Origin: a virus
IMG/VR virus record: IMGVR_UViG_3300031616_000003
Location: 7,080 to 71,079 of that record
DNA length: 64,000 bases
Strand: one strand, 5' to 3'
In this document: piece by piece, positions 20,655-30,605 of the stretch
How positions within the stretch are numbered: position 1 is the first letter of the stretch
Layout of the letters: each line of letters begins with the position of its first letter
Made by a program: the position numbers and the translations under genes
Notes under the pieces: model-generated
What the model was told of the DNA's origin: nothing
Database searches by the model: none
Seen by the model: the letters and a program-made list of their open reading frames with translations, nothing else

Positions 20655-21178
20655 CCGCCGACTACTGGACGCCCGGCGTCAGCTACACCGACGAGTTCGT
20701 CGCCCTGGCGCACCAGGGCCAGCCCTACGGCGAGGAACCGTACGTCAACCATGTCCGCCGGGTCGCCGGCCGGCTGAGGCCGCACGGCGAGTGGGCGTAC
20801 ATGGCCGGCCTGCTGCACGACGTCGTCGAGGACACCGTGGTCACCCTCAAGCTGCTGCGCGACCTGGGCTACCCGGACATGGTGGTCAGGGCTGTCGATG
20901 CGGTGACCCTGCGCGAGGGCGAGAACTACATGGACCGCATCTACATCGCGGCCGCGCACCCGCTGGCCTGCCACGTCAAGCTGGCCGACAACACCGACAA
21001 CCGATTCGAGCTGCGCAACCTCATCAAGACCGAGCCGCGGCGGGTCCGGCGGCTGTGCGAGAAGTACGACGAGGCCCTGGCGGTCCTGGTGCCGGCTCGC
21101 GACGCACACATGCGCGAACACGGGCTGGGCCGGCAGGAGTGCATGGTCTTCGGCCCGGCGATGGCCGAAGAGGACTGA
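20651..21178 (+). CDS. HD-domain phosphohydrolase, RelA/SpoT hydrolase (Mesh1/SAH)-like
   Basis: AHQGQ, EPYVNH, LLHDVVEDT and VKLADN motifs. Confidence 0.85.
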   Translation: MTADYWTPGVSYTDEFVALAHQGQPYGEEPYVNHVRRVAGRLRPHGEWAYMAGLLHDVVEDTVVTLKLLRDLGYPDMVVRAVDAVTLREGENYMDRIYIAAAHPLACHVKLADNTDNRFELRNLIKTEPRRVRRLCEKYDEALAVLVPARDAHMREHGLGRQECMVFGPAMAEED

Positions 21179-21357
21179 TGAGCGCCGACCGTTGGCCAGC
21201 TGACGAGCAGTTCGCCGACTTCGTGCTCGGTGGCTGGTGGCTGGAGAACTTCATCAAGGTCGAGCTGCCCTCCGAGGAGGTCGACCCCGAGTCCTGGACG
21301 CGTGAGGCGATGGTCGCGCGGTTCCACGACTCGCCCACGGCTGGCGGGCTCTGGTAG
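21178..21357 (+). CDS. Small hypothetical protein
   Basis: TGATG coupling with the HD gene. Confidence 0.6.
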   Translation: MSADRWPADEQFADFVLGGWWLENFIKVELPSEEVDPESWTREAMVARFHDSPTAGGLW

Positions 21358-22437
21358 TTACGGCAGGCGCGCGCTCAGTTCGCGGATCTTCTGCCTGTTC
21401 CACTGGATGGCCTGGTCGACGTCGCTGCTCTCGCCGGCCCGGCCGACCAGGCTGGACAGCTGCTCCTGCAGCGACTCCAGCTCGGCCAGCCAGTTCGTCT
21501 CCAGGTCCTGGCTCTGCGTGCGGGCGAAATCGGACAGGCCACGGAAATTCTGGTCGGCATTGGTCAGCACCGGGCCCAGCTCACCGTGCTCGTCGTAAGA
21601 CACCCGCACCGTCTTGAGCTGGTTGCGGGTGTTGCCGCCGGCGGCCTTGTAGATCGCGGCCAGGTCCTGATCGTTCAGGGTCTGGCCGGGGTCATAATCG
21701 GCCAGCACCGCGGCCACCGTGCACCGGCAGCGCGAGTGGATCGGCATCAGGTCTTCGATGTGGTAGAGCCGGTCGGCGGCTACCACACACAGGCCGCACG
21801 GCGGAGCGCCGGAGCCCAGCTCGGGGTGCAGGATGCGCCGGTAGCCGACCACGCTGGTGGGCTTGCGCTGGGTCAGGAACTTGTTCGCCTGGGCCCGGTC
21901 GGCCAGCATGACGTCGGTGTCGGCGACGATCGCGGCGCGGCGCAGGCCCTCCAACGCGGCCTGCTCGGTGCTGATCCCGCGGGAGACCGTCACGAACCGC
22001 ACGTGGTCGGCGATGCGCCCGTAGACCTCCTCGGCCGGCACCGCGGCGACACGGCTCTGCGAGCGGGTGGCCTGAGCCGCCGGGATCGAGTCGCGGCCGG
22101 ACTTGGCCAGCTGCTCGATGACGTCCTGCGGAAGCTTGCGGCGCAGCGAGCGCACGTCGATCGCGCCGACGGTGTCGTAGCGGCGCCCGGTGATCGCGCT
22201 GGTGGAGCGGGCCATGTAGCCGTCGGTGACGCTGGCCGTGCGGCGCTGCGCCGACTGCACGATCTTGACCGCGTCGGTGACCGCGCGGCGGGTCTGCTTC
22301 GGGTCGCGCCAGTCGTCGATCTTTCCGAACGCCTGGCGGACACCGGTCTGGGCCAGCTTCGACTGCTGGTCGCGTACCGCGGCCTGGGCCTGGATCAGCG
22401 CCTGCAGCTCGCGGATCTGGTCAGTGCGCCGCGCCAC
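21358..22437 (-). CDS. MuF-like head morphogenesis protein
   Basis: GYRRILHPE, CGLC and PIHSRCRC motifs; downstream of portal. Confidence 0.85.
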   Translation of the reverse strand: MARRTDQIRELQALIQAQAAVRDQQSKLAQTGVRQAFGKIDDWRDPKQTRRAVTDAVKIVQSAQRRTASVTDGYMARSTSAITGRRYDTVGAIDVRSLRRKLPQDVIEQLAKSGRDSIPAAQATRSQSRVAAVPAEEVYGRIADHVRFVTVSRGISTEQAALEGLRRAAIVADTDVMLADRAQANKFLTQRKPTSVVGYRRILHPELGSGAPPCGLCVVAADRLYHIEDLMPIHSRCRCTVAAVLADYDPGQTLNDQDLAAIYKAAGGNTRNQLKTVRVSYDEHGELGPVLTNADQNFRGLSDFARTQSQDLETNWLAELESLQEQLSSLVGRAGESSDVDQAIQWNRQKIRELSARLP

Positions 22438-22606
22438 GGTCCGGCTCCCGCAGCTCGCGACCGTCCAGCGAGTGGTGTGTGATCAGCTTTCCGGCGCCGC
22501 CGGTCTCGCCGATCAGGTGCTCGACGTCCGGCCCGCAGGGGCAGTCGACGCCCTCCTCGTCGTGCTCGATCAGGTCGCCGAGCGGCAGCACATGCAGGAT
22601 CGCCAT
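22421..22606 (-). CDS. Small His/Cys protein
   Basis: GAGGGGAG RBS; HVLP..D..EH..CPCGP..HHSLDGRE. Confidence 0.7.
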   Translation of the reverse strand: MAILHVLPLGDLIEHDEEGVDCPCGPDVEHLIGETGGAGKLITHHSLDGRELREPDRGAAH

Positions 22607-22905
22607 GTCGCTCCCCTCTGCTACGCTGTTCCGGCAGCCCGGCCACCAGCCTCCGAAGGTTCCCGCCCGATAGGTAAGTCGGCCGGGTTGCACCAGCTCC
22701 CCGCAGGTCAGCGCCAGGCGGGGGACGACGGGGTCGCCCGCGGTTTGTCACCGCATCGGTGGCCCCGTCCCATGTCCGCCTAGCCTGATCGGATGCGCAG
22801 GTATCGCACGGCGCCCGGATACTGGGCGATCAGCTTCGGTCGCAGCCCCGGCGGGTGGCACATCCAGCTGGCCCGGTGGGTCTTCACCACTGAGGTGGCC
22901 AGCGG

Positions 22906-24498
22906 TTAGGCCCGCAGGCTCTTGGGCGCCGTGCCGATCTGCAGCTGGGTACCGCCGGTCAGGCCCTTGAGGCTGGCCAGTTGCGCGGCCGCGTTGTTCG
23001 CGGTGGCCTGGGCCGCCTTCGCGCCGGCGTTGTCCCCGTCGTCGTTGCCGGCCTTGCCGGCGTTCGGGTCCAGCGACTTGGCGTTGGCCGCGGCCTGCTC
23101 CTGCGCCTGCAGCAGAAGCTGCTGCTGCAGGGCGATGAGCTGCTCCTCCTCGCGCTCCGACTGCATCCGCTCGATCGTCTGCGGGTCGAAGTCGAAGATC
23201 AGCTTCATCATCGAACGCCAGGGGATGAGCGTCTGCACCTTGTTCGCCGCGTCGGCCTTCTCGGCCAGGCTGAGCCGGTCCGGGTTGGCCCACAGCGACT
23301 GGATCTTGCTGACGTCCGCGCGCTCGGAATCGCCGACCGCGGAGAAGATCAGCGACATGACCTCGGACCACAGCGGCTTGCACCGCTCGATGCGGTCCTC
23401 GACCTTGTAGACCAACGACTCGCGCTGCATGCTCGCGCCGTCGGCGCTCTGGTTGGCGCCGCCTGGATTGAGGTAGTACATCGGGGTCTTGGTGGTGGCC
23501 GCGAACTGGATGATGTCGCTCTCGTTGATCTCCAGGATCTGCCGCATGTCCGCGGCGCCGGACTCCCAGATCTTCGCGCCCGGCGGCAGGAACCAGACCG
23601 CGCCGGGGTCAGAGGTGAACACGCCCGAGTAGTCGATCGGGTTGCCGTCCTCGTCCTCGGTGTCGATCGGCTCCTCGGCCGTCGTCTCGATCGCCCTCTG
23701 CCGAAACGCCTGCAGGGCGGCCGTGCAGAGCCGGTTCAGCGTCTGGTAGTTGATCCGGTCCAGGATGTCGATGTGCTTCTCGTACTCGCCCTGGCCGTCC
23801 TTGTTCAGGAAGCGCACCACCGGCAGCTGCTCGTGGCCTAGCGTGCCGGACCGCTCGTTGTCCCAGGTCCAGGTCTGCGGTGACCAGTACATCGGCCCCA
23901 CGTGCGGGTCGAGCGCGCTGAACGGGGCGTCGCGCTTAGCCACCCAGACCTCGCCGGGCAGGTACAGGTACGCCCGGTCTTCGCCCTCGATGTCGTCGCG
24001 CAGGAACTTCAGCGCGGCGCGCAGCTGGTACGGGTCGACCGGGTCGGGCTCGCCGACCATGTAGCGCGGGTCCTCGGCGGTGACCACCGGGATGCCCCGC
24101 TTCTCGTCCATCCAGCCGACGATGACGAAGGCCTCGCCCAGGTTCAGCATCAGGTCGTGGGTGTCGGCGCAGACGATGTTCATGCGGGCGCGCAGCCAGA
24201 TGTCGATCGCGTCGGTGTCGCCGGTCTCGTCGGCGTCGACCGCGGTCCGGAAACCGACCGGCTTCATTCGCTCGCTGACGGCCGAAACGGCCAGCTCGGC
24301 ATAGTTGGTACGGGCCTTCTTCTGGAAGGCCGTGAACAGCCCTCGGGCCACGTCGTTGCCCTCGGGCAGCGGCGGGTCGCCGTGGTAGCGCTTGTGCAGC
24401 TCGTTCAGCCGGTCGTGGCGCTTCTGGTCGGACAGCCGGCGGAACAGCCGGTCCATCCACCAACCCGGACTGAGCCGGGTCTCCACGTTGATCGCCAC
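22906..24498 (-). CDS. Portal protein (SPP1 gp6-like)
   Basis: 530 aa; RTNY, DRIN and AFRQR motifs; synteny. Confidence 0.92.
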   Translation of the reverse strand: MAINVETRLSPGWWMDRLFRRLSDQKRHDRLNELHKRYHGDPPLPEGNDVARGLFTAFQKKARTNYAELAVSAVSERMKPVGFRTAVDADETGDTDAIDIWLRARMNIVCADTHDLMLNLGEAFVIVGWMDEKRGIPVVTAEDPRYMVGEPDPVDPYQLRAALKFLRDDIEGEDRAYLYLPGEVWVAKRDAPFSALDPHVGPMYWSPQTWTWDNERSGTLGHEQLPVVRFLNKDGQGEYEKHIDILDRINYQTLNRLCTAALQAFRQRAIETTAEEPIDTEDEDGNPIDYSGVFTSDPGAVWFLPPGAKIWESGAADMRQILEINESDIIQFAATTKTPMYYLNPGGANQSADGASMQRESLVYKVEDRIERCKPLWSEVMSLIFSAVGDSERADVSKIQSLWANPDRLSLAEKADAANKVQTLIPWRSMMKLIFDFDPQTIERMQSEREEEQLIALQQQLLLQAQEQAAANAKSLDPNAGKAGNDDGDNAGAKAAQATANNAAAQLASLKGLTGGTQLQIGTAPKSLRA

Positions 24499-24862
24499 GC
24501 AGGCACGCTCCTTCCAAGGATCACGGAGCTGTGCTACGTTCTGCGCCGAGGCTCGCCGCCCGTTAATCTTCGGATCAACAGAGACCGGCGGGCCTCAACC
24601 ATTTCTACGGCTCGCGTACGCGCTCGAAGTACAGATCGAACGCATGCGCCAGCCGCGCCGCGCACTCGGTGTGCCAGATCCGCCGGCCCTCGAGCCAGCG
24701 ACGCCCGCAGCGCGCGCACATGGCGCGGGCCAGGACCGGACGGTGGTCGCGGCGCACCAGCAGGTCGCTGTGCGCCACTTGGTACCTCATGGTGCTTCGC
24801 CCTCCCTGGCGAGCACCGGCGGCCGCAGCGTAGTGAGGACGCCACAGCCGCCGGGCCAGTTC

Positions 24863-25318
24863 TCAGGCGGTCGGGCCCGGAGCCGACTCGTCGCCGGCGA
24901 TGACGTCGGGGGTGAGGCCACCGTCGTCCGCGGGCGGCGGGGTCGGGATGTCGGAACCGTCAGCGTCGCCGACCTCCACATCGAGGTCACGCAGCTGCTG
25001 CGCCACCGCGTCGGCCTTGGCGTTGGCGGCGTCGAGCGCGGCCTGGCCGGCGGCCGAGAGGTTCTCCCGGTCGGCTTCCATCGCCGCTCGCAGAGCCTCG
25101 AAGTCGGAGTGCACGTCGGTGACGACGGTGCCCAGGGCGTCGATCTTGCTGGACAGGTCGTTGATCTGGTCAGATGCGCGGGCCATGAGGGTCAGCTCCA
25201 TTCGGGAAGTGGCGACCTCGATCTGCTGCAGCCGCACCACGGCGTCGTCCAGGACGTCGAGGCGCGCCTGCAGGCGCTCGAGATGGGAGTGGAGGTGCTC
25301 GTACTGGTCAGGTCGCAC
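24863..25318 (-). CDS. Coiled-coil hypothetical protein
   Basis: GAAGGA RBS; heptad pattern. Confidence 0.7.
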   Translation of the reverse strand: MRPDQYEHLHSHLERLQARLDVLDDAVVRLQQIEVATSRMELTLMARASDQINDLSSKIDALGTVVTDVHSDFEALRAAMEADRENLSAAGQAALDAANAKADAVAQQLRDLDVEVGDADGSDIPTPPPADDGGLTPDVIAGDESAPGPTA

Positions 25319-25340
25319 GGGTCACCGTCCTTCGGGAGGG

Positions 25341-25913
25341 TTACTTGCCGACCGCGTGGAAGTTGACGGGGTAGGCGGTGGACGCCGACGGCGCGGAGCC
25401 GAAGGCGATCGTGAACGTGGTGGTGGTGACCGCGGCGACGTAGGGCGCCAGCGCCGCCACGGCCGCGCTGCCCGGGGTCAGCACCACGACGGGGGCGACG
25501 GCGAACGCGTGGTTGAACGTCACCACCGCCTGGTTGCCGGCGGCCAGGCTGGCCGAGCCGGAGGTGACCGTCACGGTGCCGGCGGTGTCCTTGCCGGTCA
25601 CCGCGGCGGTGGCGCTGGTTCCGGCCGCCGCCTGCGCGGCCACGGTGGGAGCGGAGCCGGTCGGCACGATGTGGCCGTAGCGCAGGTCCACCGCGATGCC
25701 CAGTGCGTCGCGGGCCTTGGTCGCGCTGGACAGGTCGCCGGCGACGATGTGCGACTTGCCGATCGGGATGACGCTGAGCGCCGGTGCGACCCCGCCCACC
25801 CAGGCGGCGCCGTTGCGGATCTCGTCGACGTGCGCGACGGGCATCGCGGTGTGGTCGGTGCCCGCGGCGTACCGCGTGCCCTCGACGATGACGGAGTAAG
25901 CCAGAGCGGTCAC
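25341..25913 (-). CDS. Putative virion decoration/fibre-like protein
   Basis: Beta-rich; VTFNHAF..APVVVLT motif. Confidence 0.7.
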   Translation of the reverse strand: MTALAYSVIVEGTRYAAGTDHTAMPVAHVDEIRNGAAWVGGVAPALSVIPIGKSHIVAGDLSSATKARDALGIAVDLRYGHIVPTGSAPTVAAQAAAGTSATAAVTGKDTAGTVTVTSGSASLAAGNQAVVTFNHAFAVAPVVVLTPGSAAVAALAPYVAAVTTTTFTIAFGSAPSASTAYPVNFHAVGK

Positions 25914-25959
25914 GGCGGACCTTCCTTTGTCGGTTGGCCCGCCAGTGGCGCGGCCGGAA

Positions 25960-27705
25960 CTAGCGGACCCGGCGGGGGATCCGCTTGGCGCGCGGACCGG
26001 TCTTGACGCCGGCCTTGATCGCGTCGTTGCGTGCCTGGAACGCCAGGACGGAACTCATCGCGGCGTCGATCTTGCGAGGACTTTTCGGCAGCTCCTTGCG
26101 CAGCAGATCGCCCTCGGTCGTCTTGCGGACGTAGCAGTTGGCGAGGTGCCGGCGCAGGATCAGCGGCTTGTTCTCGTCGCCCTCCGGGCGGTCCTCCGGC
26201 GGCACGATCGACAGCACTCGCAGCGTCGGGTCACCGGTGGCCATGCCCTTGGCGGTGGACTTCACCGCCAGGTAGAACGCCTCCACCGCGGCCGCCATCC
26301 GGGTCCGGATGTTGGCCCGGAACTCCAGCGGCTTACCCGCCGTGGCGCGCGCCTTGAGCTGCTTCTCCCAGCGGTTGTGCCAGGTCGCGATCCAGCTGGA
26401 CCACATGGCGGGGTCGCAGTAGAAGCCCACGACCCGGTAGGTCTTGAACGCCTGCTGCACCGCGGCGTCCACCGCGGGCTCGTCGACGCTCCACTCCCGG
26501 TGCGGTGGCAGATCCGCCGGCCGCTCGTCGATGTGGAGAAGCTCCAGGTGACCATCGGCGACCCTGCAGGCGACCAGGGCGGTGCTGTCGTCGTTGATCG
26601 AGCCGTCGAATCCAAGCGTGATCACGTCGCCGGGCTGCAGCGACCTGGTCGCGTCCTTGCAGGCGTCGATGTCGCGCAGCGGTAGCCAGGTGTCCTTCGA
26701 CGACGTCTCGGCGTTGAGGAAGTAGCGCCGGCTGTCGGCGGGGTCCGCCTTCAGCGAGTAGAACTCGTCCACGATCGACGGGATGTCGTTCCACTCGATC
26801 GCCTCGCCGAAGGCCTCCTTGATGGCCTCGACCAACTGCTCCTCGACCGTCAGGTCAGGGCAGTCGCCCCACCGGTGGTCATAGAGCATTCTGATGCGAC
26901 CGCGCTTTTTCTTGTTCTCCCGGATCAATTCCGCCTCGCGGAATGTGGTCTCGGCGACCGAATCCTCACCGGGGGCGAACATCGTCGTCGTCTCGATATA
27001 CCAAGGCTCCGACGCGGTGCCGCGCAGCTTGACCAGGTTGCGCGTCACGGTGGTATGCATACGCCGAAGCTCGGGATTGTTATAGAGGTGCGACTCATCG
27101 AATACGACGAATGTCTCTTTACCGCCGTCTTTCGCGGCAGAGCTGGCGGTCGACGGCATGACGAACCCGCCGTTCGGCAGGTAGACCCGGGTCCTACCAG
27201 GGTCGATGCCCGGGATGTGACTCAGCGGACAATCGTCGTCGGTCAGGTTGAAATAGATGGTGTCGTAGACGTTTCCGGTCTGTCCTTCCTCCGTGGCCAT
27301 GATACGGATCATGGGCACGTGGACAGGCCGGCCCATCGGCTCGCCCTCTTCGTAAACGTACTCGAAACCTAGATCCCACGGGTCGGTATAGATTTCGCCA
27401 CCCTCGGCGAAACCCGCGAAACGGCACGGTCCGAGCGCCTCGAAAAGAGCGATATAAGCGGCGAGGCCGCTCTTGTTCGTCCCCTTAGGCCGTGACAGGA
27501 AACAGTGGTCGTAATGGCGCTTGCCCTCCGGCAGAAGCGCATAGACGTCCAGGACGAAGCCGGCGAACTCGTCGCCGAACGAGATCTCCATGCCCTGGAC
27601 CGCGCCGGGCCCATGACGCACGAAGAACTCGATCCACTCACAGGCCAGGGCGCCCAAGCTGCGCAGCCGGTCGTGTCCGGGCGCGCGCACCAGGGTGCGC
27701 GGCAC
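25960..27705 (-). CDS. terL: Terminase large subunit
   Basis: Walker A RPKGTNKS, Walker B VVFDESH, nuclease LGFDGS..DST and KIDAA. Confidence 0.95.
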   Translation of the reverse strand: MPRTLVRAPGHDRLRSLGALACEWIEFFVRHGPGAVQGMEISFGDEFAGFVLDVYALLPEGKRHYDHCFLSRPKGTNKSGLAAYIALFEALGPCRFAGFAEGGEIYTDPWDLGFEYVYEEGEPMGRPVHVPMIRIMATEEGQTGNVYDTIYFNLTDDDCPLSHIPGIDPGRTRVYLPNGGFVMPSTASSAAKDGGKETFVVFDESHLYNNPELRRMHTTVTRNLVKLRGTASEPWYIETTTMFAPGEDSVAETTFREAELIRENKKKRGRIRMLYDHRWGDCPDLTVEEQLVEAIKEAFGEAIEWNDIPSIVDEFYSLKADPADSRRYFLNAETSSKDTWLPLRDIDACKDATRSLQPGDVITLGFDGSINDDSTALVACRVADGHLELLHIDERPADLPPHREWSVDEPAVDAAVQQAFKTYRVVGFYCDPAMWSSWIATWHNRWEKQLKARATAGKPLEFRANIRTRMAAAVEAFYLAVKSTAKGMATGDPTLRVLSIVPPEDRPEGDENKPLILRRHLANCYVRKTTEGDLLRKELPKSPRKIDAAMSSVLAFQARNDAIKAGVKTGPRAKRIPRRVR

Positions 27706-27708
27706 GGC

Positions 27709-28188
27709 TCAGCCTGCCAGGCGGGCGCGGCGCGACGGCGCCTTGGTGATGTCCTTGACGTTGCCGGTGTCCGGCACCGCCGGCGGCTGAGCGGCCAGCT
27801 CGTCGGGGAACTGCGCCGGATCCACGTAGCGGATGCCGAGCTTGCGCCGGTGCTCCATCGTCATGCCCAGCAGCGCCAGGCGCTGGCGCTCCTCGCCGAT
27901 CAGGTTGGCGGGCAGCGCGCCGCCGAAGATCTCGCCCCAGATCTGGTTCTTCAGCACCGCAGTCTCGATGGCGAACAGCCAGTCGGCTTCGGTCCACAGC
28001 CGGCAGTGCGGCATCCGGCGCACGACATTCCACCAGGCCACGGTGGTCTCGTACCAAGGCAGGCCGGGGATGTCGGGCAGGTCACGGTCGGAGCCCGCTC
28101 CGACGTAGGGCAGATCGGGGACGTCGACGAAGTCGGCACCGGAGTGGCCGTGCTTGACGGCCTTCGGAGCCGGGCCGGTTCGAGCCAT
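27709..28188 (-). CDS. Terminase small subunit
   Basis: MARTGPAPK start; WW..V..MPH..LW..DW motif; adjacent to terL. Confidence 0.88.
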   Translation of the reverse strand: MARTGPAPKAVKHGHSGADFVDVPDLPYVGAGSDRDLPDIPGLPWYETTVAWWNVVRRMPHCRLWTEADWLFAIETAVLKNQIWGEIFGGALPANLIGEERQRLALLGMTMEHRRKLGIRYVDPAQFPDELAAQPPAVPDTGNVKDITKAPSRRARLAG

Positions 28189-28274
28189 GGTGATCACTCC
28201 CGTGTCGGGAAGGGGAAGAGCCCACAGGCCGTGGCGGCCGCGGGCTCTCAGTGGGTGGGCGGCAGGAAAGCGCG

Positions 28275-28553
28275 TTACGGCAGGAGCCCGCGCACGGAGA
28301 TCTTCGGGGTGCCCGCGGAGATGGCCTTGACCACGGTGGCGCCGTGGGTACGCGGCCTCACCGTGAGTCGGCCGATCGCGGCCGGCAGCACGATGCTGCC
28401 GTCGGTGGCCACGGCCGGCGTGGCGCCGTCGGTGGTGAAGTAGATCGCCGCGGTGCCGTCGACATTGGTCAGCTCGACCTCGCCGTAGTCGGCGTCCAGA
28501 GTGAAGGTCTTCACGGTGGACGCCACCAGAGTGAAGTGCTGGGGGTTCGCCAT
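28275..28553 (-). CDS. Small beta-rich hypothetical protein
   Basis: ORF track; coding-like composition. Confidence 0.75.
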   Translation of the reverse strand: MANPQHFTLVASTVKTFTLDADYGEVELTNVDGTAAIYFTTDGATPAVATDGSIVLPAAIGRLTVRPRTHGATVVKAISAGTPKISVRGLLP

Positions 28554-28562
28554 GTCGCCCGC

Positions 28563-28892
28563 CTAGCTGCGGGACAGCACGGCGAAGGTGACGGTGGCGG
28601 TCACCGACCACGACAGGCTCACCATGCCGTCGACGTCGCGGTAGACCCGGTCCGTCGGCACCACTAGAAACGCCTCGGTGCCGTTGACGATGGTGCGGGT
28701 CCGGTCGGCGATGGCGAGGTCGCCGTCGGCCACCGCCGGGGTGGCCATGGTAAGCACCGTGCTGGCCGCGTTGGCGTTCTTGACATGCAGCACCACGCCG
28801 GGACGAACGCGGTCGCCGCCGCCGCCGCTGGCGGCGTAGTAGCTGGGCTGAAGGACCGTCTCGGTGAAGGTCTGGGGGCTGCGGTCAGCCAT
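28563..28892 (-). CDS. Small beta-rich hypothetical protein
   Basis: ATG 28892 with GAGGAG RBS. Confidence 0.75.
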   Translation of the reverse strand: MADRSPQTFTETVLQPSYYAASGGGGDRVRPGVVLHVKNANAASTVLTMATPAVADGDLAIADRTRTIVNGTEAFLVVPTDRVYRDVDGMVSLSWSVTATVTFAVLSRS

Positions 28893-28989
28893 CTCTGTGC
28901 TCCTCGTGTGCGCAGTGAGGTGCCCGCCGGGACACCCGGTAGGCGGGAAGGCATTGCGGTGCTCGCGCGAGCGATGTGAAGCTCGACAG

Positions 28990-29265
28990 GTGTTGCTCGC
29001 AGCGGACCAACCGGCCACCAGCGGCGCGTCGTTACCGACCCTCACCGCGGTGCTGGTGATCGGCGCGGTGATCTTCGGGTTCGGCTACCGACTGGCCGTC
29101 ACGCACCGGGCCAACAGCGACTACAAGAAGACCAAGGCGGGCCTGCCCGGGATGCGCAAGGCGTTCTGGGAGGCGCTGTGGGCGGCCGTGAAGTTCGGCT
29201 TCTGGATGGTCATCGCGTTCGCGCTGCTGCTGTCCTGGGTGGTGCACGAGGCGCGCGCTAGCTAG
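28990..29265 (+). CDS. Two-TM membrane protein
   Basis: Two hydrophobic segments; lone plus-strand ORF. Confidence 0.55.
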   Translation: MLLAADQPATSGASLPTLTAVLVIGAVIFGFGYRLAVTHRANSDYKKTKAGLPGMRKAFWEALWAAVKFGFWMVIAFALLLSWVVHEARAS

Positions 29266-29677
29266 GCAGCTCGTCCTGGTCGACGTGGTCGGCCACCAGC
29301 ATGTCCGGCGGCTTGAGGTGGATCTGCGGCCCGCAGCCGCACTCCAGGCTGTCGGTGTGCCCGGCGCCGTCGTCGGGAATGACGTGGTGCACCTCGACCT
29401 GGTGACCGTTGCCGCCCAATGTCTGCACGGAGTCGCAGCCGCAGTCCGGGGTGATCGCGCTCAGCCCGCCGGAGTCCAGCCAGAGGATCGTGGTGCGGCC
29501 CTCGTGGCCGTGGATGCGCTCGACGTCGCCGGCACTGTCGTAGAGGGCGGTGGAGGCGGTCTCGGTCAGCCAGCGCATCGCGCAGTGCCCGTCGTCGAAC
29601 TGGACGCCTTGGGCCACCACGCCGGTACCGCTGACCCCGCTGGCGTCCTCTATCCGGTGCAGCTCAAATCGGCGCAC
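29258..29677 (-). CDS. Phage-type hypothetical protein
   Basis: D.SGVSGTGVVA.GV.F.DG...RW...HGH motif. Confidence 0.8.
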   Translation of the reverse strand: MRRFELHRIEDASGVSGTGVVAQGVQFDDGHCAMRWLTETASTALYDSAGDVERIHGHEGRTTILWLDSGGLSAITPDCGCDSVQTLGGNGHQVEVHHVIPDDGAGHTDSLECGCGPQIHLKPPDMLVADHVDQDELPS

Positions 29678-29785
29678 GCCCGACTCCCTCCCTGGCGCCA
29701 GGCGTGCGCCGAAACTCGAGGTTCCCTCCGACAAACTCCCAGGTCAGCGCGCTGATGTGCGTACGCACACGCGGGCTAGGACGTC

Positions 29786-30217
29786 CTAGGATGCTTTAGG
29801 CGTGGTGTCGTCACGCACGTCGGTGAGCCGGCCGGATGGCGTCTCGACCGAGGGGCTCGCCTCCGGCAGTCCCTCGCCGGCGACCAGCACGAAGACGTAG
29901 TTCGGGTCGTTGTCGGCGTACATGTGCACGATCTCGTAGTTGGCCGGCAGCTTGAGCAGCGTGTGCATCTGCTCCGGGCCGAGGGCCAGCTTGATCCGCT
30001 TGCGGGTGGTGACCGGGTTCGGCGCGGTCGCGGTCGCACCGCCGATCGCCTGGCAGACGGAGCAGGATTCCATGTGCCGGCGCAGGCTCGGGCGGCGCTC
30101 GGCGGCGGCCTTGGCCCGGGCGTAGTCGACGCGCAGCGCATCGTGCAGCGAGCCCGGGTTGTTGGCGTCGTACCAGACCTGGTCGGGAAAGACGAAGCGT
30201 TCGTTGGTGCTGGCCAT
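29786..30217 (-). CDS. Hypothetical protein
   Basis: ATG 30217 with GAAGGGG RBS. Confidence 0.7.
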   Translation of the reverse strand: MASTNERFVFPDQVWYDANNPGSLHDALRVDYARAKAAAERRPSLRRHMESCSVCQAIGGATATAPNPVTTRKRIKLALGPEQMHTLLKLPANYEIVHMYADNDPNYVFVLVAGEGLPEASPSVETPSGRLTDVRDDTTPKAS

Positions 30218-30305
30218 GGGTGAAGTGGCCCCTTCGCGGGATAGGAAGATCCCGCCGGTCCACTGAGCGCAATGCCCCTCGGGATCCGGCGGGATCCGCT
30301 CGTGG

Positions 30306-30605
30306 TCAGCCGAGCGCCGGGTGGCGTTCGACGTTGCGGTCCCGGCGCGCCTTCTTTGCGGCGTTGCCCTGCGCGGAGCTGCGCCGGTCGTGATGTGCGC
30401 TGCACAGCAGGCGCAGGTTGCCCGGGGAGTGGTCGTCCGGGTCCTTGATGTGGTCGACGTCGGTGCCGCGCTCACGGCAGCGGGCGTTGTTCTCGATCCA
30501 CCGGCATCGGCCGGAGTCGCGCGCGATGATGGCCGGGCGGATCCGTGAGTACCAGTCGGCGGGTAGTTCCGTCCTGCGCTGACTGCCTTTCCACCCGCCC
30601 GGCAT
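30306..30605 (-). CDS. HNH endonuclease (packaging-associated)
   Basis: RD..RC, DVDHI and NLRLLC..HH motifs. Confidence 0.9.
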   Translation of the reverse strand: MPGGWKGSQRRTELPADWYSRIRPAIIARDSGRCRWIENNARCRERGTDVDHIKDPDDHSPGNLRLLCSAHHDRRSSAQGNAAKKARRDRNVERHPALG

